The translations under genes were made by a program, and so were the position numbers. Shown one piece after another: positions 22,106-23,107 of a DNA stretch of 23,107 nt. How positions within the stretch are numbered: the first letter of the stretch is position 1; every line of letters begins with the position of its first letter. The stretch is from a virus, in UHGV virus genome UHGV-1970859; one strand, 5' to 3'. The notes under the pieces are model-generated. The model had not been told where the DNA came from. It was given only the letters and a program-made list of their open reading frames with translations, and did no database searches.

Positions 22106-23107
22106 ATGTCGGTTCGTAAGATTCCATCAGGTAAATGGCTTTGCGAATGTTATCCCTACGGGGCATCGGGAAAACGCATTCGTAAACAGTTTGCGACAAA
22201 AAGTGAGGCGCTCTCTTATGAGCGCCGTTTAATGAATAGTAGAGTTGGAGAGGAGTTTCAAGATGGTTCTGGTCCTCGTCTTTCTGAGTTGATTGCTCGT
22301 TGGTTTGAGATGTACGGTAAAACCTTGTCCTCTGGTGCAGAGCGCAAAGTCAAACTTGAGGCGATTTGTTCCAGGCTGGGAGATCCATTTGCTTCTCAGT
22401 TTGACAAAAATATGTTTGCTACTTATAGGGAAAGAAGGCTATCAGGAGAATGGAATCCCAAGAGGAAGAAAAAACTTAGTGAAGCAACCGTTAATCGCGA
22501 GCAGTCATATCTACATGCTGTTTTTGCCGAACTGAAGCGACTTGGGGAGTGGTCTGGTGAAAACCCCCTGACTGGTATTCGCAAGTTTCGTGAGGAAGAA
22601 AAGGAACTGGCGTTTCTGTATGTAGATGAGATTGAACGCCTTCTGATTGCGTGTGATGAGTCACGGAATAAAGATTTGGGGGTTGTTGTCCGTATTGGGC
22701 TTGCGACTGGTGCTCGGTGGAGTGAAGCAGAAGGATTAAAGCAATCTCAAGTACTGCCCGGTCGAATCACATTTGTTAAAACTAAAGGAAAGAAGAACCG
22801 CACTGTACCGATTTCACCTCAATTGCAGGCTATGCTTCCTAAAAAACGAGGAGCGCTATTTTCACCATGTTATGAGGCTTTTGACGCTGCAATTAAGAGA
22901 GCGAAGATCGAGCTTCCTGATGGGCAATTAACTCATGTGCTACGTCACACTTTTGCCAGTCATTTTATGATGCGGGGCGGAAATATTCTTGTGTTGCAAA
23001 AAATACTGGGGCATAGCGATATAAAAATGACTATGCGTTATGCGCATTTTGCTCCAGGTCATTTAGAGGCTGCTGTTGAATTGAACCCTTTTGACAATAG
23101 AGGGTAA
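22106..23107 (+). CDS. int: Tyrosine integrase (P2 Int family)
   Basis: 333 aa. C-terminal catalytic signature HVLRHTFASHFMMRGGNILVLQKILGHSDIKMTMRYAHF (R-H-R-Y). Terminal position at the end of the lysogenic operon. Stop codon is the last codon of the window. Confidence 0.95.
   Translation: MSVRKIPSGKWLCECYPYGASGKRIRKQFATKSEALSYERRLMNSRVGEEFQDGSGPRLSELIARWFEMYGKTLSSGAERKVKLEAICSRLGDPFASQFDKNMFATYRERRLSGEWNPKRKKKLSEATVNREQSYLHAVFAELKRLGEWSGENPLTGIRKFREEEKELAFLYVDEIERLLIACDESRNKDLGVVVRIGLATGARWSEAEGLKQSQVLPGRITFVKTKGKKNRTVPISPQLQAMLPKKRGALFSPCYEAFDAAIKRAKIELPDGQLTHVLRHTFASHFMMRGGNILVLQKILGHSDIKMTMRYAHFAPGHLEAAVELNPFDNRG

Larger units (their letters stand above)
1..23107. mobile_element. P2-like temperate phage / prophage segment (tail fibre to integrase), partial
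   Basis: Syntenic P2 gene order H-I-J-W-V-S-R-lysis-X-L-M-N-O (minus), P-Q (plus), accessory locus, A and early genes (minus), repressor and int (plus). Conserved family motifs seen in translations. The att site lies beyond the right edge. Confidence 0.9.

Noticed and set aside
1-23107. CRISPR arrays, tRNA/rRNA genes, IS elements or an attachment-site repeat
   Set aside because: No regularly spaced direct repeats, no cloverleaf-compatible sequence noticed near the integrase end, and no transposase-like ORF. The att core would lie beyond the right edge of the window.

Overview
The window is a near-complete segment of a P2-like (Peduovirus-type) temperate phage or prophage, in inverted orientation relative to the conventional P2 map. 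All calls rest on reading the six-frame translations and on recollection of P2 and plasmid R1 protein families; no database search was run. Coordinates of short motifs read directly from the nucleotides are approximate (a few bp).

Gene order, left to right:
- 1-9328, minus strand: tail fibre H (N-terminal part, runs off the left edge), baseplate I/J/W/V, tail completion S/R, a lysis cassette (overlapping spanins, M15-peptidase endolysin, holin), X, head completion L, terminase small subunit M, major capsid N, scaffold O.
- 9450-12247, plus strand: terminase ATPase P and portal Q.
- 12248-15286: the accessory locus where P2 carries old/tin. Here it holds a Gp49/HigB-like toxin with an XRE-HTH antitoxin, an orphan 49-aa basic ORF, and an R1-type parM-parR actin-like partition cassette with twin palindromes.
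- 15287-20577, minus strand: replication initiator A and an early operon of small genes ending in a Cox-like HTH gene and an extra RHH gene.
- 20653-23107, plus strand: immunity repressor, two inserted cargo genes (a tail-anchored membrane protein and a secreted YebY/DUF2511-like protein), and a tyrosine integrase whose stop codon is the last codon of the window.

No rRNA, tRNA, CRISPR array or IS element was seen. The most interesting signals are the parMR cassette and toxin-antitoxin pair in the accessory locus, the palindrome pair at the A/parM junction, and the cargo genes in the lysogenic operon.
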